The notes under the pieces were generated by a model. It saw nothing but the letters and a program-made list of their open reading frames with translations, was not told the origin of the DNA and searched no databases. Of a stretch of DNA of 64,000 bases, positions 21,787 through 32,120 are shown in pieces (position 1 is the first letter of the stretch; each line of letters starts with the position of its first letter). Location: assembly GCA_013416795.1 (NCBI GenBank), contig RQSC01000014.1, positions 514,339-578,338 on the forward strand, written 5' to 3'. The translations under genes were made by a program, and so were the position numbers. Source of the DNA: Prasinococcaceae sp. CCMP 1430. Its lineage: Eukaryota > Plantae > Prasinodermophyta.

Positions 21787-24700
21787 CTACACTTTTGCCC
21801 CGGCGTGCTGCGCCTCGGCAATGTGCGCCGTGGTTGCTGCCGCCGAGAGTCGCGTGGCCACGCTGAGCAGCCTTGGCAGCAGAGCGGTGAGCTGCCTGCC
21901 ACGTTTGACGCCATTCTCATTTTCTGCTAGGACCACGGAGGCGGCAGCCTCCACGGCCGCAACTGCCTTCTCAAGCTCCTCTGTCGCGCCGAGCGATGTG
22001 GTGACGGTCGTCGTGCACATCCGCGCAGGGCCCGACGGAGGGGCCTTCGAAGCGCGTCCAGGCACGGGCGGCAGCTGATCTTGTGCCATCTTTGCACGCT
22101 TTTGGCGTTTCCCCTGGCGTTCCCTCGAACCCTCAGGGGCGAGAGCGGCTGCAAGCATCGCTGAGCCGCGCTTGGCCCCAGGCGCGCGCGCGACCACCCG
22201 CTTGGATGCCGCAGGTGCCTGGGCTTGCTGCGGCGTCGGCGCTTCCATGTCCTCATCTAAACGCGCAAGGGCCTCGGCCTTGGTGCCTTCTGCGGCGGGT
22301 CTGGAGCTCCGAGGTGCTAGATCCACGCTGCAGCACGCGCCTTCATTGGCTTCCCGTTGCGGCTCCTCGTTCTCGGCGTCCAGCGGCGCACCCAAGTCAG
22401 CCATTGCAGCGAGCGTCGGCTCCATGCACATGGACGAGGGGCCGACGCTCGAGGGGGCACACGCACTGGAGTCTCTTGTGGGGTTGTCGTTGGGAGCGCG
22501 TGCCGAGTCAAGAATAGAGCGAGGAACGGAGACAGCGACAGGAGCTTCCGCGGGAGCTGTTTCGTCGGGGTTCGCGCCCGCTGGCACCAATGCTACGGCC
22601 GCTGCCACCTCGGGCACTGCCGCTGCGGGCGCTGCCATGTCGGGCACCACCACCGCGGGGGTGGCAACCACAGGTGGCAACACCTGGGCAGCCACCTCAG
22701 CAGCGGTTTCGGGCGCCTTAGCGGCACCGCCCGCGTGCGCGACTGCCTGCGGCACTGCAGCGGAGCCCGAACCCGCCCCAGCCTGCGATGGCGTGCTATT
22801 CGGCACCTGCTGCGTTGCAAAGACGTCGCTACTCGAGATGATGGGGGCCTGTGCGCACGTATTCTTCTCTGCACTTGAGCCAATGCGGGGAGTGCCGTCC
22901 TCCTGGGCCGTGCCAGCGCCGGCAATTGGCCTCGTGGGAGCGATCGTCGCATTTCTGGCCGTTGGCTCGTGCCCATCCAGGTCCACCGCGGCGTCCCAAC
23001 GGCCGGCGGCTCTGTCGGCGCCGTCATCGCCGGCGCACGCGTCTGCATCAGCACGGGCGTCGATAACCCCCGCAACCGCCTCCTCTTCGTGCGCGCCGTC
23101 CTTGTGGCTCCCGTTCAGCTCTGGCAATGGAGTCGCGTCTGTCGCGTCGGTCCCAGGCTCGGTGCTGCCCATCGTGTCGGCATCAAGAAAACCAACTCGC
23201 TCGCCAGCGCCGCCGGTGAATGCCAAACGCCGGGGCTTCGAAGGCACCGGTGTTCGGTGAGGGTTGGCGTCGGCGCGCTCCGGCGCTGGCGCCATCCACG
23301 GCGACCTGGGGCCCCCATCTACCGTGGTGCGCCCGAGTCCCAAAGGGCGCGCCGGGCTCACAGGCGCCCCAATGCCGCCAACGAGAGAACGCAGCTCCTT
23401 GGACAAGCCTTGAGCCCGATCCAGCGCCAACTTGCAGAACGCACGCACGGGCTGGGGTGCAATCTCCTGTACGGCATGCGCCCGCAGCAGAGGCGCCACC
23501 TGGGCAACAAACTCGCACATCCCTTCCGACGTCTGCTGATGCAGTTGCGAGACGCTTTCGAACAACGCAATGACGGCCTGCTCGAGTGCGGCCACGATCT
23601 TGGCTTGCAGGTTGCACGAGAGGTTGATCCAATGTGTCAACCCACGCGCCACCTCACCAGCCACCAAGTTGAGCGAACGCTCGGTGCGGCAGTTGCGAAC
23701 CAGGTATTTGCTGGCGACGAGCAGAGAGGGCACGGCCATTGGCACGGACCTCGAATCGGCTGCAAGGAGCGGCGCCGCAGAAGCGTCGAGCAGCTCCGAT
23801 ACGACGCGAGCGATGTGAAAGCGCGAGCTGTGTGCGACATTGTGCTGTGGCGGGTTCGCGTCCACGCCTTTGCCATCCCTCCGGGAATGGCCTCGTGGGC
23901 CGCGCAGCGGGCTCTGGTTCAGCGGCGTCGTGGGGCCGTCGTCGAGATCGGGCGTGGTGGCCAGGCGCGCAACAGCATCGGCGAGCGCATTGAGGACGCC
24001 ATCCCCTCTCCATGCCAACGCCAGCGTCTCAATGTTTCCGTCGATGCCCTCGCAAGCGAGCGTAGCCTCGGCAGAGACACGCGAAAGCCGCTCACACAGC
24101 GCAGCACGCGCAGTGTGCAGCAACGGCGCAGGAATCACGCCAGTGGCGCGAACAGTGGCGACAGCCATCTCGAGCCAAGTTGCCATCAGACTCTCGCCTC
24201 TGTCGCCTGCCAAGGTCTCCGGCTTCTTTCTGTACACCGCGTGCTCAAACGGCCACGACAAGACGTCCACAAGGCCGGGGAAGAGCGTGGCGTGCGCCTC
24301 GTCATGACTGCCAAGGCGCGCAGCGGCGAGGTCGTCGGCCGTGCTCTCTAACTCGGCCCCAACGCGCTGGGCCAAGGCTATCCACGCCGGGATGCACACG
24401 CTGACATCCGCTGCTTCGGTGAGCCCGACACACAGCGCGCTCAGCTGGCGCTCGCGAAAGGTGCCTTCGCTGAAGCGTGCCCGTACCGAGGAGAACGCCT
24501 CAACGCACACGTCTTTGTGGTCGCTGTGACCCTGACGCACCCACCAGCGCGGACTCGGCGCCCGAACTTCGGCGCTCCAGAGGGCCATCAGTGTCTCCAG
24601 TATAGGCCGCGCCTCCTCGCAGTCGCCGTGCGTCGTGCGCGCCATTACATCTAGCGCACCGCGAGCGAGCGCTGGCTCGAGACCAAGTAGAAGCTCGCTC

Positions 24701-26450
24701 ACGAGGTAGGGCCCACCGGCTGCTGCACCCGAGCGCGTTGCTGTGGCCAGGAGAGCGTCAACGGCGGGCAGTGTCATGTCCGCGTGTGTGCCACCCGCGC
24801 CGATGAGAGCCTTGCCCACGCACTTGCAAAGGAGCTGCCAGCACTGCGCTGCGGCGACCTGAAGAGAATCAGCGTCCGCTCTGGGTGCGGCGAGGCAGTG
24901 CTGGAAGGCGGCATCCAGCACGCGAGCAAGCGTTTCCACGCGCTCCAGCATGTGTTGTTCCCAGTCTTGCTCGGCACCTTCGTGCAGCTCGCCTGGATGC
25001 TGCGTGCTGTCGTGGCGCGCTGGGCTCCGATCCATAGAGGCGACCGTGCCTTCACTGGTGGTGGGAAAACTATTTGGCTCCGTATTCGGCTCGGTATCGA
25101 AAAGGTACACGGCCGGCCCGACTGAAGCGGCGGGGTCACCGCCGCGCGTCCGACCACCATCGATATGTTTGAGCAACGCCAGCAAGCATGCCAAGCCGCG
25201 TGAGGCGCCAGCGAGAGCGTCGGCGGTGTAAGGGCGGGGCGGCGCTTTCCACACGCTGACTTTGAGGACCTTGTCCACGACGCAACCCCAGGCCACGCGC
25301 GCGTTGTCGCCGGGGGCGAGCAGCTCACGAGGCGCCACCGAGCGCACCAGCTCCTCCCACGTGCTCATCGCAGTCTGCGCAACGGCACCATCAGATTCAA
25401 TGCCATTGATTGCCCGCGGGAGCGGTTGCGCGCCCAGCTTGAGGTGCTTGAAATGCCGCACGCAGCCCGAGCGGGCGAGCGCTCGGACGAATTCGCGCCA
25501 TGCGCGCTGCCCCTCAACGCGCTCTGCTGCGCGCTTGCTCATGAGCACGCCGAGCATCGGCTTGAGCAGTGGATTGAGCAGATCTGGGTTTCGAAGAGTG
25601 GACGCGTCGAGCATGCTCACATACATGCGCCACAGGCGCATTGCACGTGCCACCTCGCCTTGCGCGACCAAGTTCTGCACAGTGGATATCAGCTGCTGCC
25701 GGCCTTCTGCCGACTTGACCTGCCGAATCACGCCATTGCTGCTACCTGTTCCGTTGCTTCCGGCCGACCCGCCACCAATGGTGACCTCGTCCCTGTGGGA
25801 AGTCAGGGCACCCACGCTGGCAGCCGCACAGACTGCAGCGGCGAAGGCATCGGCGAGCTGCGGCGGGGCGTCGCTGCCTGCGATGCGAACAGCCTGCTCG
25901 GCCCACGCCTCCGCTTGCCTTCCAACGGCGGCGGGAATGAGCGCGGCGAAGCACACTAGCGCCCGCGCAGCCTCACGGCTGGTCTGTGCGTGCGCCTCGG
26001 CGCCGAAGTCGCCTGCGTGGATCACCCACGACGCCGCGGCCCCTACCATGAGGTCGGCGGTCCTTTCGGGGAGCTCGGCGGCCGCGTCGCACAGGCACAC
26101 GCACGCGCCGCCCTCCAAGTGGAAGAGGTTCTGGGCCTGCAGGCCCGCGAGCGCGAGCGCGGCGGCGTGCGAGTTCTCACCCTTTTCCCCAGCGAGGCTC
26201 GCCGCCTCGGCGAGGGCGCCAATGGCGTCCGCGCATCGCTCTGCAGCACCGTGGCCGGCGAGCTCGTCCGGCGCCGCGCACAGCGCGCTGAGGCGCTTCG
26301 CGGCCTCCTCAGCGTCGGCGCCGCTCGCTGCGCGCGCGCGCACCGCGAGACGGCGAGGATGGGCACGGACGTGACGACGAGCAGCTCGACTCCGCGCACC
26401 GCAGCGCGGGCGCGGGCGCGCGCCGAGCGCAGCGCCAGACGAGGGTCGAT

Positions 26451-26485
<35 letters not shown>

Positions 26486-26712
26486 AGGCGTTGAGAGACA
26501 CTTGAGGCTCGGGCGTCCGGAGCGAGCGATGAGCTCGACGGGCGGATGGCCGCGCTCCGGAGCACAGGCGGCGGGGGTGGGGTGGGTGGGTGGGTGGGTG
26601 GGTGGGGGCGGCGCCGCGTCTCGCGTGCGCTGTGGGCCGCCTTCGCGCCTTTTCCCTCCGTCTCTGCGTTTTCGCGCGGGGCGCGCGGCGGGGTCGCCCT
26701 CGGGCACATCAT
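21787..26712 (-). CDS. RIF1: RIF1-like protein (N-terminal HEAT region, long disordered C-terminus); main exon from about 26327, 5' exon tentative
   Basis: LWRMYVSML...LLNPLLK...ERVEGQRAWREFVRAL...HLKLGAQPL...TWEELV follows the Rif1_N pattern. Confidence 0.7.
26451..26482. repeat. Poly-G (32 nt), with a nearby (GGGT)n tract at about 26575-26608; G-quadruplex-capable
   Basis: Counted directly; probably intronic in the RIF1 5' region. Confidence 0.9.
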
Positions 26713-27157
26713 CCCAACCAGCGCATGAAAGATCACCCCAAAGCGGGGCGGGGGTGGGACGCGCGAGTGCGGGGATCCGAGGCTGTTAGGGTCGGATCAA
26801 TAAAGGGTTTCTGAATCGAGGGTCCACGCTGGGCAGCTGCCGTTTAGGGCTGCGTTCCCCGTTCCCCTCTGGGCACCGCGCGGCGTGCCGCCGCCGTTCT
26901 CGGCGACGCGCGGGCGGGCGAGGGCGAGGGCGCGCCGGGGCTGGAGGGGGAGGGGGAGGGGGGGGGCGCTCAGAGCACGCCGTGTGGCACACGAACCACA
27001 CAATTGCAATGCGCATTGCCGCATTGGAACGGTTTGGATGCAATTTGACGTGGGGCGTTCTTTGACCGGGCCCTTGCGGCGTGATGCGTGGGTGGATAGC
27101 CGTCGATTGATGATTTACAAGTAGAATTACAGTCACTTTTTGCGGAACATTTTGATT

Positions 27158-27835
27158 TCAACTCAGATGTTTGTTTTTGGCGTCGGGGTCGGTCACCGGT
27201 AGGCGCGCGCGACGGCGGCGGCGGCGGCGGCGTGCGCGGCGGGTCGCGCGCCCGAGCGCCGCGGCGGCGAGCATGAATCTTCCGCCGCGCGCGGCGCCCG
27301 CCAGGGCGCGAAGTGCCGCGCCGCGGTCCGCGGCGGCAAGCGCGGCATCGGCGATCTCGCCGAGCAGCACCGAGCTCATCTCCACCTTGAAGAGGGACGC
27401 CCAGGCGTCCTCGTCGGGAACAGAGGCCGCGAAGGCGATCCTCGCGTCAGCGTCGCCCTTGCGCGCGCGCCAACCGCGCTCGAACTCGTCCTTGGTTGCC
27501 GGGGCGCCCTCCTCCACCTGGCCCAGCGCCTCCTGCGCCTTGATCGCTATCGCGCCGGCGACCGCGGCGGTGGCGTCCTCGCCCTTGTCCACGCCGAAGG
27601 TCCAGGCCGGGGCGTTCTCCTCCGCCTTGACCTTGCCTGAGAATCCCCTCAGCGCATCCACCTCCTTGGTGTCCATCGGCGTCAGGTGCGCCGTGGCGAC
27701 CATGTTCTTGAAGCTGTCATAGTCGGCGAGCTGGCCCACCGCGCGCTTCTTCGCGTCGTCCTGCTGCGCGCGCAGCTTGTCCTCCGCGAGGAGGTTGGCG
27801 AGGCCCGAGCGCTCGAACGGCTTCACGTCTCCCAT
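27158..27835 (-). CDS. CCDC103: CCDC103/DNAAF19-like axonemal dynein attachment factor; true C-terminus may end at TGA 27193 in another frame
   Basis: AEDKLRAQQDDAKKRAVGQLADYDSFKNMVATAHLTPM matches the dynein-attachment N-domain; KDEFERGWR...FKVEMSSVLLGEI...GRFML is RPAP3_C-like. Confidence 0.85.
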   Translation of the reverse strand: MGDVKPFERSGLANLLAEDKLRAQQDDAKKRAVGQLADYDSFKNMVATAHLTPMDTKEVDALRGFSGKVKAEENAPAWTFGVDKGEDATAAVAGAIAIKAQEALGQVEEGAPATKDEFERGWRARKGDADARIAFAASVPDEDAWASLFKVEMSSVLLGEIADAALAAADRGAALRALAGAARGGRFMLAAAALGRATRRARRRRRRRRARLPVTDPDAKNKHLS

Positions 27836-28006
27836 ACCCCCTCCGCCCGCCCCCGTTCCCCGGCGCCGAGCGCCCGCGCGCGCGCCCGGGCGCGCGCGGT
27901 GTGCCGTCGCCCGCGCGCGCCCTCGCGCGGATAAAATGCGGCGCTCCCGCCACGCGGCCGCGCCGCGCCCTCGCGCGACGCGAATGCTCCCCATCAATCC
28001 CCATCT

Positions 28007-28172
28007 GGAATCCCTTCATCTATTTGGAATATTGAAGGAATCCAATGGAATCCATGTGTCGCCGCGCGTGACGGAGGGGGCGCTCGCCGTGGGCAATTGG
28101 GTGGCCGCGCGGGGTTCCGGAGATGGATTCGCTTGGATTCCTGAATTGAGCGCGGGTGAGCGCCGTGGAATC
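28007..28172. promoter_or_regulatory. Cluster of GGAATC motifs in the CCDC103 / SR-rich gene bidirectional promoter
   Basis: GGAATC at 28007, 28037, 28047, 28167 and on the minus strand at 28136-28141; near matches at 28026 and 28126. Confidence 0.5.
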
Positions 28173-28179
28173 GGTTTGA

Positions 28180-30831
28180 AGGGCGGAGCGGAACCGCCCG
28201 GTTTCGCCCCGGGTTCCGCGCGCGCTGCGGCGGCAGCTGCGCGAGCAGATCCGCGTCGACGTCGGGGACAGGGGGAGGGGCTACGAGAGCGGCGAGGGGT
28301 TCGGCGATGGTTACGGCGATGAGCTCCTGAGACGGTATGGATATGGCACGGGGCGGGGGCGCGACTCTCGCCCGTCGTCGCGACCGCCGTCGCGCGCGCA
28401 GTCGTTGCGCGGCTCGCCGGCGCGCGACGCGGGGAGCCGGCAGCTGCGCTCGCACTCGCAGCGCAGCTCTCCGGTGCGCAGCAACTACGGCCGCGACTAC
28501 GAGGCGTACGAGCGTTCCTCCGCCCGCGAGAGGCCACGGAGCGGCAGCAGTACGTCGCTCTATGGCAGGGGAGGCACCGCATCCGCTTCGACTTCGCTGC
28601 GGGGGTCGCCTGCTGGCTCGCTGTCCGGGCGGCCTTCCCGGGCCGCTGCGCTGCGGTCGCCTGGACGGCGGCGAAACTCGCCCCCTCCACCGCCGCGACG
28701 ATTCAACGCGAGCCGCGAGCTGTTCGCTGAGAGCGGCGTGGGGCGAGCTGGTAGAAGCGCCCGTGGTCCCACACCCAGCTCCAGTCGGCCGGCGTCTTCT
28801 CGACAAGGTCGCTCGAAACTTCCGGGGTATATGCAGCCGCGCGGACAAAGCCGCTCAGTGAGCCGAGCGGGGACAAGGGCGACGAGTCGCGCCGGCAGCC
28901 AGGCGGCCAGCCGCGCCAATAGCAGGCCCACCAGTCGACCGACGAGCCGCGCTGGGAGCAGAGCGCCGAGCCGCTCCACGAGCCGCGTTGGGAGTCGTTC
29001 AAATAGCCGCGCGCACAGCCCCGAGCCGGCATTCCGCTCGCTGTACGACACGCCCGCCCACCGCAACCGCTCGATAAGCCCCTCGCACCGAGGGGACAGG
29101 CGCCGGGGCTACAGCGCCAGCCGCGAGCGCCCACCACTGCGAGAGAGCAGCAGCTTCACACTCGGGACGCTACGTGACGTGCGCGCGACGCTCGAGGCAG
29201 GCAGGTCCACGCGGGCCAAGGGATCGGCGCGCAGGCCCAGCGCAAGCGCACGCGGCCTCAGCGGCGGTGCAGCTTCGCACCCGAAGAAGCGCGGCCAGAG
29301 CGCGCGTGGCCCAGTGCCGAGCTACATGCGGCCCCTCGAGAGGGGTGCCCCCTCGCGTCGGAGCAGTCGAGCTCTGGCCTCAGAGCGCTCGGCGCCGTTG
29401 TTGCCCAGCTGGAGTGCTGCCCATACCAGGAGGAGCAGGAGTGTGCTCGACCGAACGCCCTCTCCACCGCGGAGGCCCCCGCTCTCCGAGCGCGGGCGCC
29501 AAACAGCGAGCATTTACGCCCAACCTGTCCTCGCTTCTCGCAGAGGGAAAGCGGCGAGCTCGTCGCGCACGCGGGCTGCCGCAGCGCCGGAGCTCAGACC
29601 TCGGGCTGCATCCGCAAGGGGGGGACCGAGGCGCAGCTTCGACGAGCGCGAGGAAGGGCGCGTGGGCAGGCGCCGCGCGAGCGAGCATGAGTCGCAACTG
29701 GGCTCGTTCGTTGACTCGCTGTTGAGCGGTGGAGGTGCGCACCCCTACGCTGGCGACGACTTTGGCCAGACGCGCGGCCGCGAGGGTGATCGCGGGCGCT
29801 CCACCGGGCGAGCGAGCGTGCGCCTGCCAAGCAATTCCGCTCGGGCGCCGCTGTCATTTGGAGGTGCTGCATTCGCCGGTGCAAGGGCGCCTGTGTCTGC
29901 TGCGGCCATTGCAGCGGCAGCACAATCGTCACGAGCACGCAGGTATGACGCCGGGTACAGCAACGGGTATCCTGCGGCCCCGCAAACTTTCGAGCATGTC
30001 TCCGGCGAGCCGCAACCGCCGACGTACTTCGACCACTCGACGTACGGTGCCCCCTCTTCATCACCATCCTCGCACCGCGGTGTGGTTCCGCCCTCGGCGT
30101 ATGAGCGGCACGGGCATCAGCCAAACTATCATACCCCGCCGTACCAACCGCCTGCGAGTGGTGGGAGCTACAGCGCGAGGAGTGACTCGTACGCCATGCC
30201 CCACGACGTCACGCGCAGCGCAATTCATCGTGGCCGTGCATGGTATGCACCGCCTCCAGGCTACGCGTCGGCGCCAGCATCGCCTACCTACAATCCATCC
30301 TCACATGGGTACCATCATGCGCCGTCTCCTGCGCGTTCTGTTGGCTCGACTCATTCCGCGGGCCACGTGGACGTTCTGAGCTCAGCTAGGGAACACGCGG
30401 CGGCGTACGCACGCGCGTCGGTATACGCTCCCAGACATTCGCCATCCAAGGTTGCTGCTGTGCAGCCACCGCCACCACAGGGTACGTATCGGACAGGGGT
30501 TGTCTCAGCGGCTCCACTGGCGAGCATGCCCAGCTACTATGGATCGCATGGTGCACCGACCAGCTCGCCCGTGGTCCAGCCACCGTCTTCGCTGTATGCA
30601 GTGCACAGTGCGCCGGACGTGGGCATGACCCCTGGGCCCTCGGCAGCTCAGCGATACCTGGAGCAGTACCGCGCGATGTATGGCAGTGGTGCTGGCGCGA
30701 CCCTACATGCGACTGCAGCAGCATCTCCACCCCCTCCTCCGCAAGGGTATACTGCTAGCGCGGGCAAAGGTGCCGTTGCACAGCAGCGATACAGCAGCAC
30801 TGCCGCTGGGGCGGCCTTAATCTTCACATAG
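28180..30831 (+). CDS. Unknown Ser/Arg-rich, then Pro/Tyr/His-rich low-complexity protein; start codon not identified
   Basis: The frame is open from 28180 (after TGA at 28177) to TAG 30831 and includes YESGEGFGDGYGDELLRRYGY, SRxx repeats and two P[GS]YM motifs. No in-frame ATG near the 5' end, so an upstream exon is likely. Confidence 0.6.
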   Translation, partial: RAERNRPVSPRVPRALRRQLREQIRVDVGDRGRGYESGEGFGDGYGDELLRRYGYGTGRGRDSRPSSRPPSRAQSLRGSPARDAGSRQLRSHSQRSSPVRSNYGRDYEAYERSSARERPRSGSSTSLYGRGGTASASTSLRGSPAGSLSGRPSRAAALRSPGRRRNSPPPPPRRFNASRELFAESGVGRAGRSARGPTPSSSRPASSRQGRSKLPGYMQPRGQSRSVSRAGTRATSRAGSQAASRANSRPTSRPTSRAGSRAPSRSTSRVGSRSNSRAHSPEPAFRSLYDTPAHRNRSISPSHRGDRRRGYSASRERPPLRESSSFTLGTLRDVRATLEAGRSTRAKGSARRPSASARGLSGGAASHPKKRGQSARGPVPSYMRPLERGAPSRRSSRALASERSAPLLPSWSAAHTRRSRSVLDRTPSPPRRPPLSERGRQTASIYAQPVLASRRGKAASSSRTRAAAAPELRPRAASARGGPRRSFDEREEGRVGRRRASEHESQLGSFVDSLLSGGGAHPYAGDDFGQTRGREGDRGRSTGRASVRLPSNSARAPLSFGGAAFAGARAPVSAAAIAAAAQSSRARRYDAGYSNGYPAAPQTFEHVSGEPQPPTYFDHSTYGAPSSSPSSHRGVVPPSAYERHGHQPNYHTPPYQPPASGGSYSARSDSYAMPHDVTRSAIHRGRAWYAPPPGYASAPASPTYNPSSHGYHHAPSPARSVGSTHSAGHVDVLSSAREHAAAYARASVYAPRHSPSKVAAVQPPPPQGTYRTGVVSAAPLASMPSYYGSHGAPTSSPVVQPPSSLYAVHSAPDVGMTPGPSAAQRYLEQYRAMYGSGAGATLHATAAASPPPPPQGYTASAGKGAVAQQRYSSTAAGAALIFT

Positions 30832-30888
30832 CTAGAACCCCACTGCGAATCTGCGATCGATAATAAGCAAACGTGTTGGACTCGCTAT

Positions 30889-31893
30889 TTACGCCCCAGC
30901 AGCGGCGTCCGCGGCCTCGCCGTCGCTTTCGCTGTCGCTGTCGACGAGGCCGAAGGCTGCGGCCATCTGCATGGCGAGCCGCGCGGCAACGTCCCTCCTT
31001 TCGCCGTCGCCCAGGGTGGCAGCGTTGTCGCGCGCCGCCGCCAGTTGGCCCATTAGCTGCTCGAATCTCTCCACGCCGTCCTCGTCCGCACCGCCAATGA
31101 CACCCTCGCCGCGAGGCCCTTCGCCCTCGAGCAGGGCCCCCTCCAGCGCGGCCATCGCCTGCCGTGTGCGTTCCGCAGGCTCGATGTCAGCGCCCTGGTC
31201 CCGCGCACCCGTTGTCACTGAGGCACCCGAGGCGATGTCTGTACCACCGCCTGGTCGGCGCTGCGCATCAACAGGGGCGCCCTTGGGCTTGCGGATCATC
31301 GTGCTCCACGCAGTCACGGCAAGCGCGTCCCGCACGCGCCGCAATCCCTCTCCACACGCCTCCCACAGCGCCGCGTCCCTGCTCGGGTCGTCCGACACGA
31401 ACACGTGCTCGAAGCCGTTCTCGTAGCACCACTCGGCGAGAGGAGCGTCCGTCTCTTGCCCCTCAAGCGCACCGACGCCCACCACGAGCTGCGTGTCAGC
31501 GGCCTGCGTGGCTGCGGCCCCGTGAGCAGCGCGTATGTACGGTCCGATCGTCGCAGAGAGCGCAGCCGTCCCGCTGCCGGCGCCTCCCGCCGCATCGTAG
31601 AGAAGGACGAGCGCCTCAGCGGCCTCGTGCGCGCGGCGCGCTTCATCTCCGAGAACCCCAGCCTCGCCTGAGCTATCGATGACGACTGTGTGCACGTCAA
31701 CGGCTGCAGTGTAATACTTGGTGTCGACCACCACCGCGGCGGCGACGTGCCGTTCATCGGACGTTGGGGCCTTGTCAGAGGCTGCTGCGGGCAGCGCGAC
31801 GTCGGCGTCGAACGCCGCCCGCAGCACGGCGGCTGCCCGCGCGCCGCTGGCGTCGGCGAAGACGCCACATACTGCGGCCGCCGCCGCGGGCAT
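30889..31893 (-). CDS. AAGAB: Alpha- and gamma-adaptin-binding protein p34-like
   Basis: VDTKYYTAAV; EWCYENGFEHV; GLRRVRDALAVTAWSTM; FEQLMGQL..ARD......ERRDVAARLAM. Confidence 0.88.
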   Translation of the reverse strand: MPAAAAAVCGVFADASGARAAAVLRAAFDADVALPAAASDKAPTSDERHVAAAVVVDTKYYTAAVDVHTVVIDSSGEAGVLGDEARRAHEAAEALVLLYDAAGGAGSGTAALSATIGPYIRAAHGAAATQAADTQLVVGVGALEGQETDAPLAEWCYENGFEHVFVSDDPSRDAALWEACGEGLRRVRDALAVTAWSTMIRKPKGAPVDAQRRPGGGTDIASGASVTTGARDQGADIEPAERTRQAMAALEGALLEGEGPRGEGVIGGADEDGVERFEQLMGQLAAARDNAATLGDGERRDVAARLAMQMAAAFGLVDSDSESDGEAADAAAGA

Positions 31894-32120
31894 GCTGAAA
31901 GAGCGCGATGCGCGCGGCGGTTGCGCGTCACGCTGTGGCGCGGGACGGGACGGCGCCCGGCGCGCGCAGTGGCGCACGGCGCACCGGCTCGCCTGATCGC
32001 CCAGATTTTTGGGCGCAGGAACTGGAGACCGCCAGGGTGTCGCCGACTGCAGGCCCGGGCCGGCGCCACAGTGCGCCGCGCCGCGCGGCGCCCGCGGCCG
32101 GGGGCAGCCCGCCCGCAGCC

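Noticed and set aside
26451-26608. G-quadruplex-forming tracts inside the gene for the G4-binding protein RIF1 as autoregulation
   Set aside because: Similar poly-G/C and (GGGT)n tracts occur throughout the window (about 2194, 14986, 19030, 47880, 53108), so the location is not specific.
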